Below are positions 1-9,861 of a stretch of 64,000 nt of DNA, one piece after another (position 1 is the stretch's first letter; each line of letters opens with the position of its first letter). The position numbers and the translations under genes were made by a program. The stretch comes from Desulfobacterales bacterium. GTDB lineage: Bacteria > Desulfobacterota > Desulfobacteria > Desulfobacterales > UBA2174. The notes beneath the pieces were generated by a model. It was not told the DNA's origin. It saw only the letters and a program-made list of their open reading frames with translations, and made no database searches. The DNA lies in assembly GCA_963668645.2 (NCBI GenBank), contig CAXXWC010000008.1, positions 96,001 to 160,000 on the forward strand. The letters run 5' to 3'.

Positions 1-150
1 GGGCTCGGGTATCTCATCAGCATGGGCCGCCGCTTGGCCATGCCTCAGATGGTGGTGCTCGGCATGGTCACCGTGGGCATCGGCGGGGCCCTGGTCGGGG
101 TGATTATCGACGCCGTCGAAAAACGGCTGCTGGCCGGCATCAGGAGGTGA
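1..150 (+). CDS. ABC transporter permease (TauC/SsuC-like), 3' end only, cut by the window edge
   Basis: Frame 1 reads GLGYLISMGRRLAMPQMVVLGMVTVGIGGALVGVIIDAVEKRLLAGIRR*, a typical permease C-terminus, directly before a second permease. Confidence 0.8.
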   Translation, partial: GLGYLISMGRRLAMPQMVVLGMVTVGIGGALVGVIIDAVEKRLLAGIRR

Positions 151-155
151 TCGCC

Positions 156-1001
156 ATGAGCACGGATTCCATCGCCAACGAAATTATCGGCAACGTCAGG
201 GAAAAACGAGAATTTTCGCTCCTGGCCTTCATCCGCAACGAGTACTTCCTCTACGTGGTTTCCAGCGTGGCCTTCGTACTGATATGGCACTGGGCGGCCG
301 CCGAGCATATTCTGGGCAAGTCCCTGGCCACACCCTACGAGGTGATCAAGGAGTTCTCCCGCCTGATGACCGTCCGGTTGGCCGGGCTGACACTTCTGGG
401 CCATGCCTGGGCCAGCACCCAGCGTATCCTGATCGGTTTCGTGCTGGCATCGGCCGTGGCGATCCCCCTGGGGCTCTTCATGGCACTGAACCGCACGGCC
501 AACGCCATCGTCAAGCCGGTCTTCGACCTGTTCAAACCGATGCCGCCCATCGCCTGGATCTCCATCTCCATTCTCTGGTTCGGCATCGGCGAGGCTTCCA
601 AGGTCTTCATCATCGTCATCGGCACCTTCGTGCCCTGTCTGTTGAACTCTTACAACGGCATCCGGCTGATCGAGCCCGAACTCTACGACGTGGTGCGCTC
701 TTTGGGGGGCAACCGCAAGGACGAAATTTTGCAGGTCAGCTTTCCAGCTGCCTTTCCGGCCATCTTCGCCGGTCTGCAGATCTCGCTGTCCATCGCCTGG
801 ACCTGCGTGCTGGCTGCCGAACTGGTCAGTGCCCGTTCCGGGCTGGGCTGGATCATCGTCCAAGGCATGAAGCTCACCAAGCCTGAACTCGTCATCGGGG
901 GCATGCTGATCATCGCCATGGTCGCCTGGCTGACGACCATGGCCGTGTCCGCTCTGGAGCGGCTGCTCTGCCCTTGGAAACGCAATATCGAGGGGCTCTG
1001 A
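156..1001 (+). CDS. ABC transporter permease, TauC/SsuC/NrtB family
   Basis: Hydrophobic protein with PMPPIAW, an EAA-like loop (YDVVRSLGG) and LAAELVSARSGLG; AGGAGG precedes ATG 156. Confidence 0.9.
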   Translation: MSTDSIANEIIGNVREKREFSLLAFIRNEYFLYVVSSVAFVLIWHWAAAEHILGKSLATPYEVIKEFSRLMTVRLAGLTLLGHAWASTQRILIGFVLASAVAIPLGLFMALNRTANAIVKPVFDLFKPMPPIAWISISILWFGIGEASKVFIIVIGTFVPCLLNSYNGIRLIEPELYDVVRSLGGNRKDEILQVSFPAAFPAIFAGLQISLSIAWTCVLAAELVSARSGLGWIIVQGMKLTKPELVIGGMLIIAMVAWLTTMAVSALERLLCPWKRNIEGL

Positions 1002-1127
1002 ACCCAGCCGGGCGGCGGGGCGCCCAGAACGGCGGCCTGCCGGCGGCTGACAACCGGCACCAGCGATGGGACGACGCCCACCGGGCGTGTGCCTGGACAG
1101 ATCGGGTGGAAGGAAGAACAAAAGTCC

Positions 1128-1904
1128 ATGGAAAACGACGCCAGCAAAAAAGCCAAGATAGACTGTCAGCGCATCTGCAAAACCTTTATCCAGAAAGGTA
1201 CCCAGCAGGTGCACGTCCTGCAGGATATCTCTTTGGAGGTCTTCGACAACGAATTTCTGGTAATCCTCGGCCCGGGGCAGAGCGGCAAGAGCACCCTGCT
1301 CAGAATCATCGCCGGCCTGGAAACGCCTTCCGCCGGCCAGGCCCGGCTCGACGGCCAAGTCATCAGCGGCCCGGGGCCGGACCGCGGGCTGGTTTTTCAA
1401 AGCTACATGCTCTTTTCCTGGCGTACGGTCATGGGCAACGTGGAGATGGGCCCCAAGCTGCAAGGAGTGGGCAAGAAGGAGCGCCGCGAGATCGCCCAGC
1501 ACTACATCGATCTGGTGGGGCTGACCGGATTCGAAGGACACTACCCCCACCAGCTCTCCGGGGGCATGAAGCAGCGCGTGGGCATCGCCCGGGCCTATGC
1601 CAACAATCCGCAGGTGATGCTGCTGGACGAACCCTTCGGCCAGCTTGATGCCCAGACACGGCTTTTCATGGAAAAGGAAACCGAGCGGATCTGGCAGGCC
1701 GAAAAGCGTACCGTGATCTTTGTCACCAACAACATCGACGAGGCCATCATTCTTGGCGATCGGATCGTGACCATGGTCGGCAAGCTGCCCGGGTGCATGG
1801 GCCCGGTCTACCCGGTTGATCTGTCCCGGCCGCGGGAACCGACCGACCTGGAATTTTTAAAGCTGCGCCACGAAATTACCGAGGCCTCCGAATTGGTGCT
1901 CTGA
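1128..1904 (+). CDS. ABC transporter ATP-binding protein, TauB/SsuB family
   Basis: Walker A GPGQSGKST, signature LSGGMKQR, Walker B LLDEPF; the H-loop reads FVTNN. Confidence 0.9.
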   Translation: MENDASKKAKIDCQRICKTFIQKGTQQVHVLQDISLEVFDNEFLVILGPGQSGKSTLLRIIAGLETPSAGQARLDGQVISGPGPDRGLVFQSYMLFSWRTVMGNVEMGPKLQGVGKKERREIAQHYIDLVGLTGFEGHYPHQLSGGMKQRVGIARAYANNPQVMLLDEPFGQLDAQTRLFMEKETERIWQAEKRTVIFVTNNIDEAIILGDRIVTMVGKLPGCMGPVYPVDLSRPREPTDLEFLKLRHEITEASELVL

Positions 1905-2186
1905 GAGCGTCGCAGCGCGCAGGACCCGGGTAAGACGCAAGCGAGAATCGGATCTTCTTCTAAATGGGGTGGGGATCTCGCCCCTGTGAAAAGTGAACAG
2001 TCGCCGCTGGGTGTGCCAGCAGCGATTCGTGTGCCGATACCGATCGAAAGAGCGGCAAACGGCAAGTGGTGGAGTACTGCCTAACTATGATCAGCACCAA
2101 GCGGCGACGGCCGTGACGCTCCGTATGCGACGCCATTACAACCGCCTGCGGCGACAGTGCGCCAACTTCCAAAATGGAGGATTCCA

Positions 2187-3593
2187 ATGTCAACCTCATC
2201 CACAACTCAAATCAACGATGTCGAAAAAATTGTCGCCGACGACCGCACCTGCCTCTGGCACCACATCAAGCCGTCCAAGCTGGTTCAAGAAAAGGAGCAG
2301 ATGATTATCGTCGAAGGCAAGGGGCTGGTGGTACGGGACATCCGCGGTCGCGAGTACCTCGACGCGTCCTCGGGCGGTGTCTGGAGCATCATTCTGGGCT
2401 ACGGCCGTGAATCGGTAGCCGCCGCGGTCTATGAACAGCTAAAGCAGATGCCCTACTGGGCCGGCGGCAACGGCAACTTAGCGAGCATCCGGCTGTCGCG
2501 CGCCCTGCTCGACCGGATGCCCGGCATGGGTAAGGTGTTTTATTCCAACAGCGGTTCGGAGGCCAACGAAAAAATCTTCAAAATGGTGCGCCAGGCGGCG
2601 GTGATCAATCCTGAACGGCGGGGCAAGTACAAGATCGTCTACCGCAATCGTGACTACCACGGTACCACCATTGCCGCCTTGAGTGCCACGGGCCAACAGG
2701 AGCGCAAAGAGCAATTCGGCCCGATGTGCGAGGGGTTTGTCGAGTTTCCGGCTGCATTGTGCTATCGTTGTGCATTCGGCAAGACCTATCCGGGATGCAA
2801 TCTCGAATGCGCCCGGGCGTTGGAGGACGTGGTCCTGAAAGAGGGACCGGACACGGTGGGAGCGGTGCTTGTCGAGCCGATCACCGCCGGCGGCGGCATC
2901 CTGCCGCCGGTGCCCGAATACTACCCGTTGGTGCAGGAGATCTGCCGACGTTACGGCCTCTGGCTGGTGATGGACGAGGTGGTGTGCGGTTTCGGGCGTA
3001 CCGGCCGCTTCTGGGGCCACCAGCACTACGACGTGACACCGGATGCGGTCACCATGGCCAAGGGGATGGCCAGCGGCTACGAGCCGATTTCGGCCACTGT
3101 GGTGCGCGATGAAATTCACGACTTTTTTGTCAACGATCTGTCCGATCCATCCCAGCGAATGAATTACTTCCGGGATATCAGCACTTACGGCGGCTGTGCC
3201 GGGCCGGCGGCCGCGGCCCTGGAGGCGCTACGGATCATCGATGCGGAGAACCTGGTAGAAAACAGCCGGGTCATGGGTGAATATCTGCTCGATGGGCTCA
3301 TGGATCTCAAGGATCTTGCCATCGTGGGTGACGTGCGCGGCCGGGGGCTGTTTTGCGGCGTCGAATTCGTGCGCGACAAAAAGACCAAGGAGCCGATCAG
3401 CGAGGCCCATATGGGCAAACTGGTGGCCGCCGTGGCCGCTGAGGGCGTGCTGGTGGGCCGTACCTCGAGCAGCCTGCCGGGGATGAACACCATCATGAAC
3501 TTTGCCCCGTCGCTTGTCATTACCCGCGACCAGATCGACACCATCGTGGCTGCAGTGCGCCGGGCCGTGGAAAAGAACCTCCAACCGATTTGA
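2187..3593 (+). CDS. tpa: Class III PLP aminotransferase, taurine-pyruvate aminotransferase-like
   Basis: Motifs LDASSGGVW, SNSGSEANE, RDYHGTT, DEVVCGFGRTG, TMAKG and YFRDISTYGGC resemble Bilophila-type Tpa as I recall it; adjacent to a TauBC-like transporter. Confidence 0.75.
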   Translation: MSTSSTTQINDVEKIVADDRTCLWHHIKPSKLVQEKEQMIIVEGKGLVVRDIRGREYLDASSGGVWSIILGYGRESVAAAVYEQLKQMPYWAGGNGNLASIRLSRALLDRMPGMGKVFYSNSGSEANEKIFKMVRQAAVINPERRGKYKIVYRNRDYHGTTIAALSATGQQERKEQFGPMCEGFVEFPAALCYRCAFGKTYPGCNLECARALEDVVLKEGPDTVGAVLVEPITAGGGILPPVPEYYPLVQEICRRYGLWLVMDEVVCGFGRTGRFWGHQHYDVTPDAVTMAKGMASGYEPISATVVRDEIHDFFVNDLSDPSQRMNYFRDISTYGGCAGPAAAALEALRIIDAENLVENSRVMGEYLLDGLMDLKDLAIVGDVRGRGLFCGVEFVRDKKTKEPISEAHMGKLVAAVAAEGVLVGRTSSSLPGMNTIMNFAPSLVITRDQIDTIVAAVRRAVEKNLQPI

Positions 3594-3622
3594 CCGCCTG
3601 GCAGCGGTCGGAGGGGATTGTG

Positions 3623-4339
3623 ATGATTAATCACGTATCGTTGCGTCAGGCAGTTTACGCTTTCTTATGCGACCAGCTCCAGAGTGGTGCCTTGGCACCA
3701 GGGGACCGGATCTGCCTCAACAGTCTCAGCGAGCACCTCGGGGTGAGCAAGACACCGTTGCGCGACGCGCTGATCCAACTCGAGGTGGAGGGGTTCGTCA
3801 CCATTTTGGCTCGGCGCGGGGTGGAGGTGCGGCGGCTCACCTTGCAGGACATCCGCGAATCTTACCAGATCGTGGGTGCCCTGGAAGGGGCCGTGATAAG
3901 AGAGGTTTTCGAAGCGCTGCGCGACGAAACGGTGTTGAGGCGATTGGAATCGCTCAACGAAGAACAACGCGGGGCCGTCACCCGGGGTGAATATGACCGC
4001 TATTATCATTTGAACCTCGCTTTTCACGACGTGTTCCTCGATCTGTCGGGCAATCGATCCCTCAAGCAGATCGTCCATCCCCTGAAACAGCGCCTCTATG
4101 ATTTTCCCCGCCGCCGCTACCTGATCGAATGGGAAATGCAGCATCTGGGCGAGCACGGGCAGTTCATCGACCATTTACGTCAGGGGCGGCGGCAAGAGGC
4201 GGTACAGATAATCCGGGATGTGCACTGGGGTTTTGAGTCCCACCGCAAGTATTTTACGGGGTTCTACCGTCTGGAAGAAGGCCGATCCAGCCAGGACGTC
4301 AGTCCCGAAACCTCGCCACCCTGGATGCAGCGGGCCTGA
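3623..4339 (+). CDS. GntR-family transcriptional regulator with FCD domain
   Basis: N-terminal HTH LSEHLGVSKTPLRDALIQLE and an FCD-like C-terminus (NLAFHD, EHGQFI). Confidence 0.9.
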   Translation: MINHVSLRQAVYAFLCDQLQSGALAPGDRICLNSLSEHLGVSKTPLRDALIQLEVEGFVTILARRGVEVRRLTLQDIRESYQIVGALEGAVIREVFEALRDETVLRRLESLNEEQRGAVTRGEYDRYYHLNLAFHDVFLDLSGNRSLKQIVHPLKQRLYDFPRRRYLIEWEMQHLGEHGQFIDHLRQGRRQEAVQIIRDVHWGFESHRKYFTGFYRLEEGRSSQDVSPETSPPWMQRA

Positions 4340-4806
4340 GCGGCCGGTTCCGGCCGCAGGCTCTCATAGAGCACGATGCCCACGGCGGTGGAAAGATTCA
4401 AGCTGCGGATCTGGCGGCTGATGGGGATGCGAAAGGTCTGCTGCGCGTAGCGCGCCAGCAAGGCCGGCGGCAGGCCGCGGGTTTCGGCGCCGAAGATCAG
4501 AAACAGGCGTCGGGCCCGCGGCATCTGCCAGAAAGTTTGCCGGCCGCTTTTGGTCAACAGGATGATCTCCTCCGGCGACGGTTTGAGACTGTCGCAAAAA
4601 TCCTCGAAGCCGGGCCAGACCTGAAGGTCCACCCGGGGCCAGTAGTCCAGGCCGGCGCGCTTGACATGCCGGTCGTCCAGGGAAAAACCCAGCGGCTCGA
4701 TCAGGTGCAGCCTAGCCCCAGCCCCCAGGCAGGTCCGGCCGATATTGCCCGTGTTCCAGTGTACCTCCGGGTGGACCAGGACCACGTGGCGTTCGCCTTC
4801 GATCAT
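4264..4806 (-). CDS. trmL: tRNA (cytidine/uridine-2'-O)-methyltransferase TrmL, SPOUT family
   Basis: PEVHWNTGNIGRTC, KRAGLDYW, FGAETRGL, RSLNLSTAV; its 3' end overlaps the convergent GntR gene. Confidence 0.9.
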   Translation of the reverse strand: MIEGERHVVLVHPEVHWNTGNIGRTCLGAGARLHLIEPLGFSLDDRHVKRAGLDYWPRVDLQVWPGFEDFCDSLKPSPEEIILLTKSGRQTFWQMPRARRLFLIFGAETRGLPPALLARYAQQTFRIPISRQIRSLNLSTAVGIVLYESLRPEPAAQARCIQGGEVSGLTSWLDRPSSRR

Positions 4807-5077
4807 TTCAGCTCCTGCCCGGCGCCGCCATCCGGCGGCGCCAAAAGATTTTCTGTCCTCTGAACCTCGGGATCCAGGCCAGCGGCCGGTGCGAACGCCT
4901 TTAATTTCGCAAAAAGGCACCTTGCCCGGCTCCGATCAAATGCGTTGCAGCCACTGTAGCGGCCGGGGAAACACGCGTCAAGAAATGGCCAGCTGTCCAG
5001 GTCTTCGGCCCGAACCACCGGCGGCCGGCGCTGCCCGGGGCTGCGACGTCCGGAACAAAACAGAAGGGGAAGAGTTA

Positions 5078-5152
5078 AGATAATAAAAATTATCTACCTT
5101 AAAATTTTAAAATCTAAAATTCTTGACACAGAGAAATTTTATATTATAAATT
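5078..5152 (+). promoter_or_regulatory. AT-rich sigma-70-type promoter with palindromic operator candidates upstream of the AsnC regulator and ord operon
   Basis: TTGACA at 5123-5128 and TATAAA at 5145-5150; perfect inverted repeat AGATAAT-N4-ATTATCT at 5078-5095; palindrome TTAAAATTTTAA at 5099-5110. Confidence 0.6.
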
Positions 5153-5199
5153 CCCTCCATCGTGATTTTGCCGTTGCCGTACTTCCCCCAGAGAGAGGA

Positions 5200-5694
5200 A
5201 TGGCCGATATGAAGAAACCGCTCGATCGCCTGGATCGCAGGCTCATCCACCTGCTTGGCCAAGATGGCCGCATGTCCGCGCGCGTTTTGGCCGATCAACT
5301 CAACATCTCCCAACCGACTGTCAATTCGAGGATCAAGAACCTCATTCAGGCCGGAGTGCTCAAGATCGCCGGACTGATCGACACGTTCAAGGCGGGCAAC
5401 TTCATCACCGTCATTGTGGCGATCCAGGTGGAAGACGACAAACTGCTAGACGAGAAGCTGGAGCAGATTTCACGGCTTCAGGAGGTGCACTGTGCCTATG
5501 TCGTCACCGGGCGCTACGACATCTTCGTTGAAGTCGTCCTGACTGAAGGCATGGACGAACTCTACCATTTCATGTCCTCGAGCCTCCCTTCACTGGGTGG
5601 AATCCGGTCCAGCGAGTCGTTCGTGGTAATGCGGGCCAGGAAAAAGTGGACTTTGATGCCGGAACGGGCGGCCGATCGGGACGACCCGAAGTGA
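5200..5694 (+). CDS. Lrp/AsnC-family transcriptional regulator
   Basis: LDRLDRRLIHLLGQDGRMS HTH start and VVTGRYDI RAM domain. Confidence 0.92.
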   Translation: MADMKKPLDRLDRRLIHLLGQDGRMSARVLADQLNISQPTVNSRIKNLIQAGVLKIAGLIDTFKAGNFITVIVAIQVEDDKLLDEKLEQISRLQEVHCAYVVTGRYDIFVEVVLTEGMDELYHFMSSSLPSLGGIRSSESFVVMRARKKWTLMPERAADRDDPK

Positions 5695-5751
5695 CTCGCC
5701 CGCAAAACCCGGCCCAACGGCGGGCCGGTCGTAAACACAAAGGAGTGGATA

Positions 5752-6822
5752 ATGGAAACAGTCAAGGTCGCCCTCTGGGGCTTCGGTGCGATGGGCAGCG
5801 GCATCGCCCGGTTGCTGCTGGAGAAACAGGGGGTGGAGATATCCGGGGTGTGCGGGCGGTCGAACAACATCGGCCGCGAAATGCATGAAGTGCTGGGCCT
5901 CGAACGCGGGGACCGCGCGCCGGTGATCATCGGCAACCGGCCGGCCGATGTTTTTCCGGCCGGTTGTGCGGACGTCGTGATCCTGACGACCGACTCCTTC
6001 ATGAAGGACGCCTTGGAAAAGGTCGAGTTTTGCGTGAGCCGGGGATTCAACGTCATCTCCATCTCCGAGGAGATGGTTTTTCCCCATGCCCAGCATCCTC
6101 AAATGGCAGACAGAATGGATGCGATAGCCAAGGCCGCCGGGGTGACGATTCTGGGCACCGGCATCAATCCGGGCTTCATCATGGACCTGCTCATCGTAGC
6201 CCTGACGGGAACCTGTGCCCGGGTGGACCGGATTTGCGCCAAGCGGGTAAACGACCTGTCTCCGTTCGGACGCACGGTGATGGCGGAGCAGGGGGTGGGA
6301 CTTACCGTGGATGAGTTCAGGTCCCGGGTGCAGGCGCGAACCGTCGCGGGGCATGTGGGGTTTCCCGAATCGATCCGCATGATCGCCGAGGGTCTGGGCT
6401 GGGATCTGGAACAGGTGGAGCAGTCCAAGGAAGAGATTGTCACCCGGGTCGACCGGGAAACCGATTTCGTGCGGGCCGAGGCGGAACATGTGGCGGGCTG
6501 CCGCCAAAGAGGAACCGGATATGTGGCCGGCAAGGCCTGCATCGAACTGGAACATCCCCAGCAGATCCGGCCGGAACTCGAAGGGGTGCAGACCGGCGAC
6601 TACATCTCGATCATGGGAGATCCTGAGATCCGGCTCCAGATCCAGCCGGAAATTCCCGGCGGCACCGGCACCATCGCCATTGCGGTCAACATGATCCCCC
6701 ATGTGATCAACGCCGGTCCGGGGTTGAAAACCATGCTCGACCTGCCGGTGCCGCGCGCCATCATGGGCGATATGCGCAAACTGGTACATAGAAAGGAGCG
6801 GCCCGATGCAGCAGGGCGCTAG
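5752..6822 (+). CDS. ord: 2,4-diaminopentanoate dehydrogenase
   Basis: Rossmann motif WGFGAMGSG, LGTGINPGFIMD, RVNDLSPFG, GHVGFPES, EIPGGTGT; followed by ortAB. Confidence 0.88.
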   Translation: METVKVALWGFGAMGSGIARLLLEKQGVEISGVCGRSNNIGREMHEVLGLERGDRAPVIIGNRPADVFPAGCADVVILTTDSFMKDALEKVEFCVSRGFNVISISEEMVFPHAQHPQMADRMDAIAKAAGVTILGTGINPGFIMDLLIVALTGTCARVDRICAKRVNDLSPFGRTVMAEQGVGLTVDEFRSRVQARTVAGHVGFPESIRMIAEGLGWDLEQVEQSKEEIVTRVDRETDFVRAEAEHVAGCRQRGTGYVAGKACIELEHPQQIRPELEGVQTGDYISIMGDPEIRLQIQPEIPGGTGTIAIAVNMIPHVINAGPGLKTMLDLPVPRAIMGDMRKLVHRKERPDAAGR

Positions 6823-7135
6823 AAATGGAGATTGGGTACGGATCCACGCGGTGGTGCTCGATCCGGACCAGCGGTCGGCCCGCCTGCCGGCGGAAACCGC
6901 CCAGGTCCCCCTTGAGATGTGGGTCAAAGGCGCCCTGATAGAGGAGAGGGCCGAGCTGGGCGACGCGGTGACGGTGCACACCGCCACCGGGCGGGTGGTC
7001 CGCGGCAGGCTGGACGCCGTGCACCCGGCCTACGGCCACGGCTTCGGTACATTCGTTGCCGAACTGCATGAGATCGGACTGGAATTGCGCCACGTGATGG
7101 AAGGAGAACGGCATGACAGCGAACCGCAGCTATGA
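6806..7135 (+). CDS. ortA: 2-amino-4-ketopentanoate thiolase alpha subunit
   Basis: GDWVRIH, VPLEMWVKG, TATGR and PAYGHGFG; small gene between ord and ortB. Confidence 0.88.
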   Translation: MQQGARNGDWVRIHAVVLDPDQRSARLPAETAQVPLEMWVKGALIEERAELGDAVTVHTATGRVVRGRLDAVHPAYGHGFGTFVAELHEIGLELRHVMEGERHDSEPQL

Positions 7136-8537
7136 TGCCGTAATGGCGCGCAGGGCCGAAATCGTGATGAATTCGGTGGGAATCGATTACCGCCGGTTTG
7201 AAACCGGGGGCATCGCTTTCGACTACGAACGGATGATGCAGGAGACCGGCTACAGCCTGGAAGAGATCCGGGCGATCCAGCACGATTTCGGCGTGGGTGA
7301 AACTCCCCTGCTCGAGTTGAAGAACCTGACCTGCCTGGCCCGAGGCTTCTGCCCGCCGGACATGGGCGCGCGCATCTTTATCAAGGACGAGGCCGCCAAC
7401 CCTTCGGGCAGTTTCAAGGCGCGGCGGGCGGCCAACGCCGTCTATCATGCACGCAAGCTCGGTTTCAAAGGGGTCGTGGCGGCCACCAGCGGCAACTACG
7501 GCGCGGCGGTGGCCAGTCAGGCGGCGATTCAGGGGCTCGAGTCCATCATCGTTCAGGAATGCTACGACAGTCGCGGTGTGGGCCAGCCGGAAATCATCGA
7601 GAAGGCGCGCAAATGCGAGGCGCTGGGGGCCGAGGTGGTCCAGCTCTCCGTGGGGCCCGAACTGTTCTACGTCTTTTTGCTGCTGCTCGAAGAAACCGGC
7701 TATTTCAACGCTTCGCTCTACACGCCCTTCGGGATTGCCGGCGTCGAGACCCTCGGCTTCGAACTCGTTGAGCAGGTGCGGTCCCGCTTCGGCCGCGATC
7801 CGGACGTTGTGGTGGCCACGCATGCCGGGGGCGGCAACCTGACCGGGACGGCCCGGGGGGTGATCAAGGCCGGCGCGCTCAAGACACGGATCGTCGGCGC
7901 CAGTGTGGATTTGAAAGGCCTGCACATGGCCAGCGACCACCATTTCAACCGCAAGTCGTTTACCACCGGACACACCGGATTCGGAATCCCCTTCGCCGTT
8001 TGGCCGGACCGTTCGGACGTCCCCCGTTCGGCCGCCCGGCCGCTGCGGTACATGGACCGCTATGTAACCGTGCACCAGGGGGAGGTTTTTTACATGACCG
8101 AAGCCCTGGCGCGCCTGGAAGGAATGGAACGCGGGCCGGCCGGGAATACATCCCTGGCGGCGGCCTTCGCCCTGGCCAGGACCCTTCCCCGGGATCAGAT
8201 CATCGTGGTTCAGGAAACCGAGTACACCGGGGCCGGAAAGCATGTCCAGGCCCAGCTGTCCTTTGCGCGTGAAAACGGCATCGAGATACGCCGCGGCGAT
8301 CCGGACGATGAAATCCCCGGCACCAGTATCGTCCTGCCGCAACATCCGGGCCAGTTAAAGGCCCGTGATGTGGACCTGGATCGGCTGCGCCGCTCATACG
8401 TGCGCAATGCCCTGGCGGCCGTCGGCGGCCGGACGCCCACCGAGGCGGATGTGCGGTTCCTGGCCGAGGACACCCGGACCGACGGGGACTATATCAGGCG
8501 GGTTCTGGCCGAGATCGGCGGGGAGCCGCCGTGCTAA
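7113..8537 (+). CDS. ortB: 2-amino-4-ketopentanoate thiolase beta subunit (PLP)
   Basis: KDEAANPSGSFKARRA, AATSGNYGAAVASQAA, SFTTGHTGFG, QETEYTGAGKH. Confidence 0.92.
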   Translation: MTANRSYDAVMARRAEIVMNSVGIDYRRFETGGIAFDYERMMQETGYSLEEIRAIQHDFGVGETPLLELKNLTCLARGFCPPDMGARIFIKDEAANPSGSFKARRAANAVYHARKLGFKGVVAATSGNYGAAVASQAAIQGLESIIVQECYDSRGVGQPEIIEKARKCEALGAEVVQLSVGPELFYVFLLLLEETGYFNASLYTPFGIAGVETLGFELVEQVRSRFGRDPDVVVATHAGGGNLTGTARGVIKAGALKTRIVGASVDLKGLHMASDHHFNRKSFTTGHTGFGIPFAVWPDRSDVPRSAARPLRYMDRYVTVHQGEVFYMTEALARLEGMERGPAGNTSLAAAFALARTLPRDQIIVVQETEYTGAGKHVQAQLSFARENGIEIRRGDPDDEIPGTSIVLPQHPGQLKARDVDLDRLRRSYVRNALAAVGGRTPTEADVRFLAEDTRTDGDYIRRVLAEIGGEPPC

Positions 8538-8616
8538 CGCTTCCCGGCATGCGCCAACATACTCTTTTGTAAGACACTATCGTTAATTGACCATCACAAA
8601 TCAAAGGAGGGAAGGG

Positions 8617-9660
8617 ATGCGACGAAGTCTGCTGACGACCATGGCCATTGTTGGGCTTTCGCTACTGATCGGGGGGCTGGCCCAGGCCGAGACGCTGGTG
8701 ATCAAGCTGGCCCATGAGGAGCCGGCCAATGCGCAGCTTTCCAGTGCCCATGCCAGCGCGCTGGTGTTCAAAAACATCATCGAATCCGAGTCCAACGGGG
8801 AAATGCAGGTCAAGCTCTATCCGGCCAGCTCCCTGGGCAACCAGCGCGACCGGATGGAGATGGTGAAAAACGGGATCCTGCAGGTCAATATCGCTTCGAT
8901 CGGCGGCCTTGCCCAGTACTATCCGCCGATCAATGCGGTCGATCTGCCCTTTGCCTTTCCCAACCACGCCGTGGCGACCCGGGTCTTTAACGGCCCCTTC
9001 ACCGAAAAGATCCGCAAGGACCTTCTCGACAAGACCGGCATCCGGCTGCTGATGGTCACCTCGGGCAGTTTCTACGTGCTGAGCAACAACAAGCGGCCGA
9101 TCCACAGCGTGGCGGACATGAAGGGGCTCAAGTTCCGCACCATGTCAGTGCCGAGTCACATCACCATGATGGCTTCCCTCGGCGCGGCCGCCACCCCGAT
9201 CCCCTGGGATGAGCTGTATAGCTCCTTGCAGACGGGCGTTGTCCAGGGGCAGCATAACCCGATCCCGATCATGGCCATCGGCAATCTGCAGGAAGTGCAA
9301 AAGCATGCGACCTTGACGAACCATCTCTACGGCGCGGACTGGTGGGTCACGGGCCAGGCGTTTTTCCAGGGCTTGACACCGGCCCAGCGGCGCATTTTCA
9401 TCAATGCCGTGGATGCGGCCAAAACCGCGGGTGAAGGGAGCAAGCTGATCCTCAGCGCAACGGTCAACGGGGTACAGTTTCTCAAGGACGCCGGCGTCGA
9501 GGTCTATTCCCCGACCGTGCAGGAGTTGGAAGAGTTCCGCTCCAGAAGCATTCCGGCCGTGATGAAGGCCATCGAAAAGGATCTCGGTGCCGATGGGGCG
9601 GCCTTGGCCGACGCCCTGCTCAAGGCCGTGGCCGAGGCCGAAGCGCAGCTCTACCAGTAG
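8617..9660 (+). CDS. dctP: TRAP transporter substrate-binding protein, DctP family
   Basis: Signal peptide; DMKGLKFRT and ELYSSLQTGVVQGQHNP. Confidence 0.9.
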   Translation: MRRSLLTTMAIVGLSLLIGGLAQAETLVIKLAHEEPANAQLSSAHASALVFKNIIESESNGEMQVKLYPASSLGNQRDRMEMVKNGILQVNIASIGGLAQYYPPINAVDLPFAFPNHAVATRVFNGPFTEKIRKDLLDKTGIRLLMVTSGSFYVLSNNKRPIHSVADMKGLKFRTMSVPSHITMMASLGAAATPIPWDELYSSLQTGVVQGQHNPIPIMAIGNLQEVQKHATLTNHLYGADWWVTGQAFFQGLTPAQRRIFINAVDAAKTAGEGSKLILSATVNGVQFLKDAGVEVYSPTVQELEEFRSRSIPAVMKAIEKDLGADGAALADALLKAVAEAEAQLYQ

Positions 9661-9861
9661 CCTTGTGCCAGTCCGGATCGAGGCCGGGACCGGGCCGTCC
9701 CTTATGCGGCGGTTCGCCCCGGCCTGCAGCGGCCCTGACCGGTGCGACCGCTTCAAGACGCCCACCGGAGGCACCCGGACCGGCGCCGGTCCTCGGATCC
9801 GGCACCGCCCGCCGTTCGCCTCCGTCAACCGTGGAAGCACGATCTTTTTTCGGAGCAGCCA

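Noticed and set aside
45..1550. Long opposite-strand ORFs (for example 45-1550, 5590-6987, 6924-8345, 10170-11534, 32394-33761, 34109-35506)
   Set aside because: Antisense shadows of well-supported genes, expected with high GC codon bias; no recognisable motifs.
4264..4339. 76-nt convergent overlap of GntR and trmL as antisense regulation
   Set aside because: Both overlapping tails look low-information, consistent with simple stop-codon drift.
9661..9835. Nested GC-rich inverted repeats between dctP and dctQ as an ncRNA
   Set aside because: Hairpins after binding-protein genes commonly stabilise mRNA; no further evidence.
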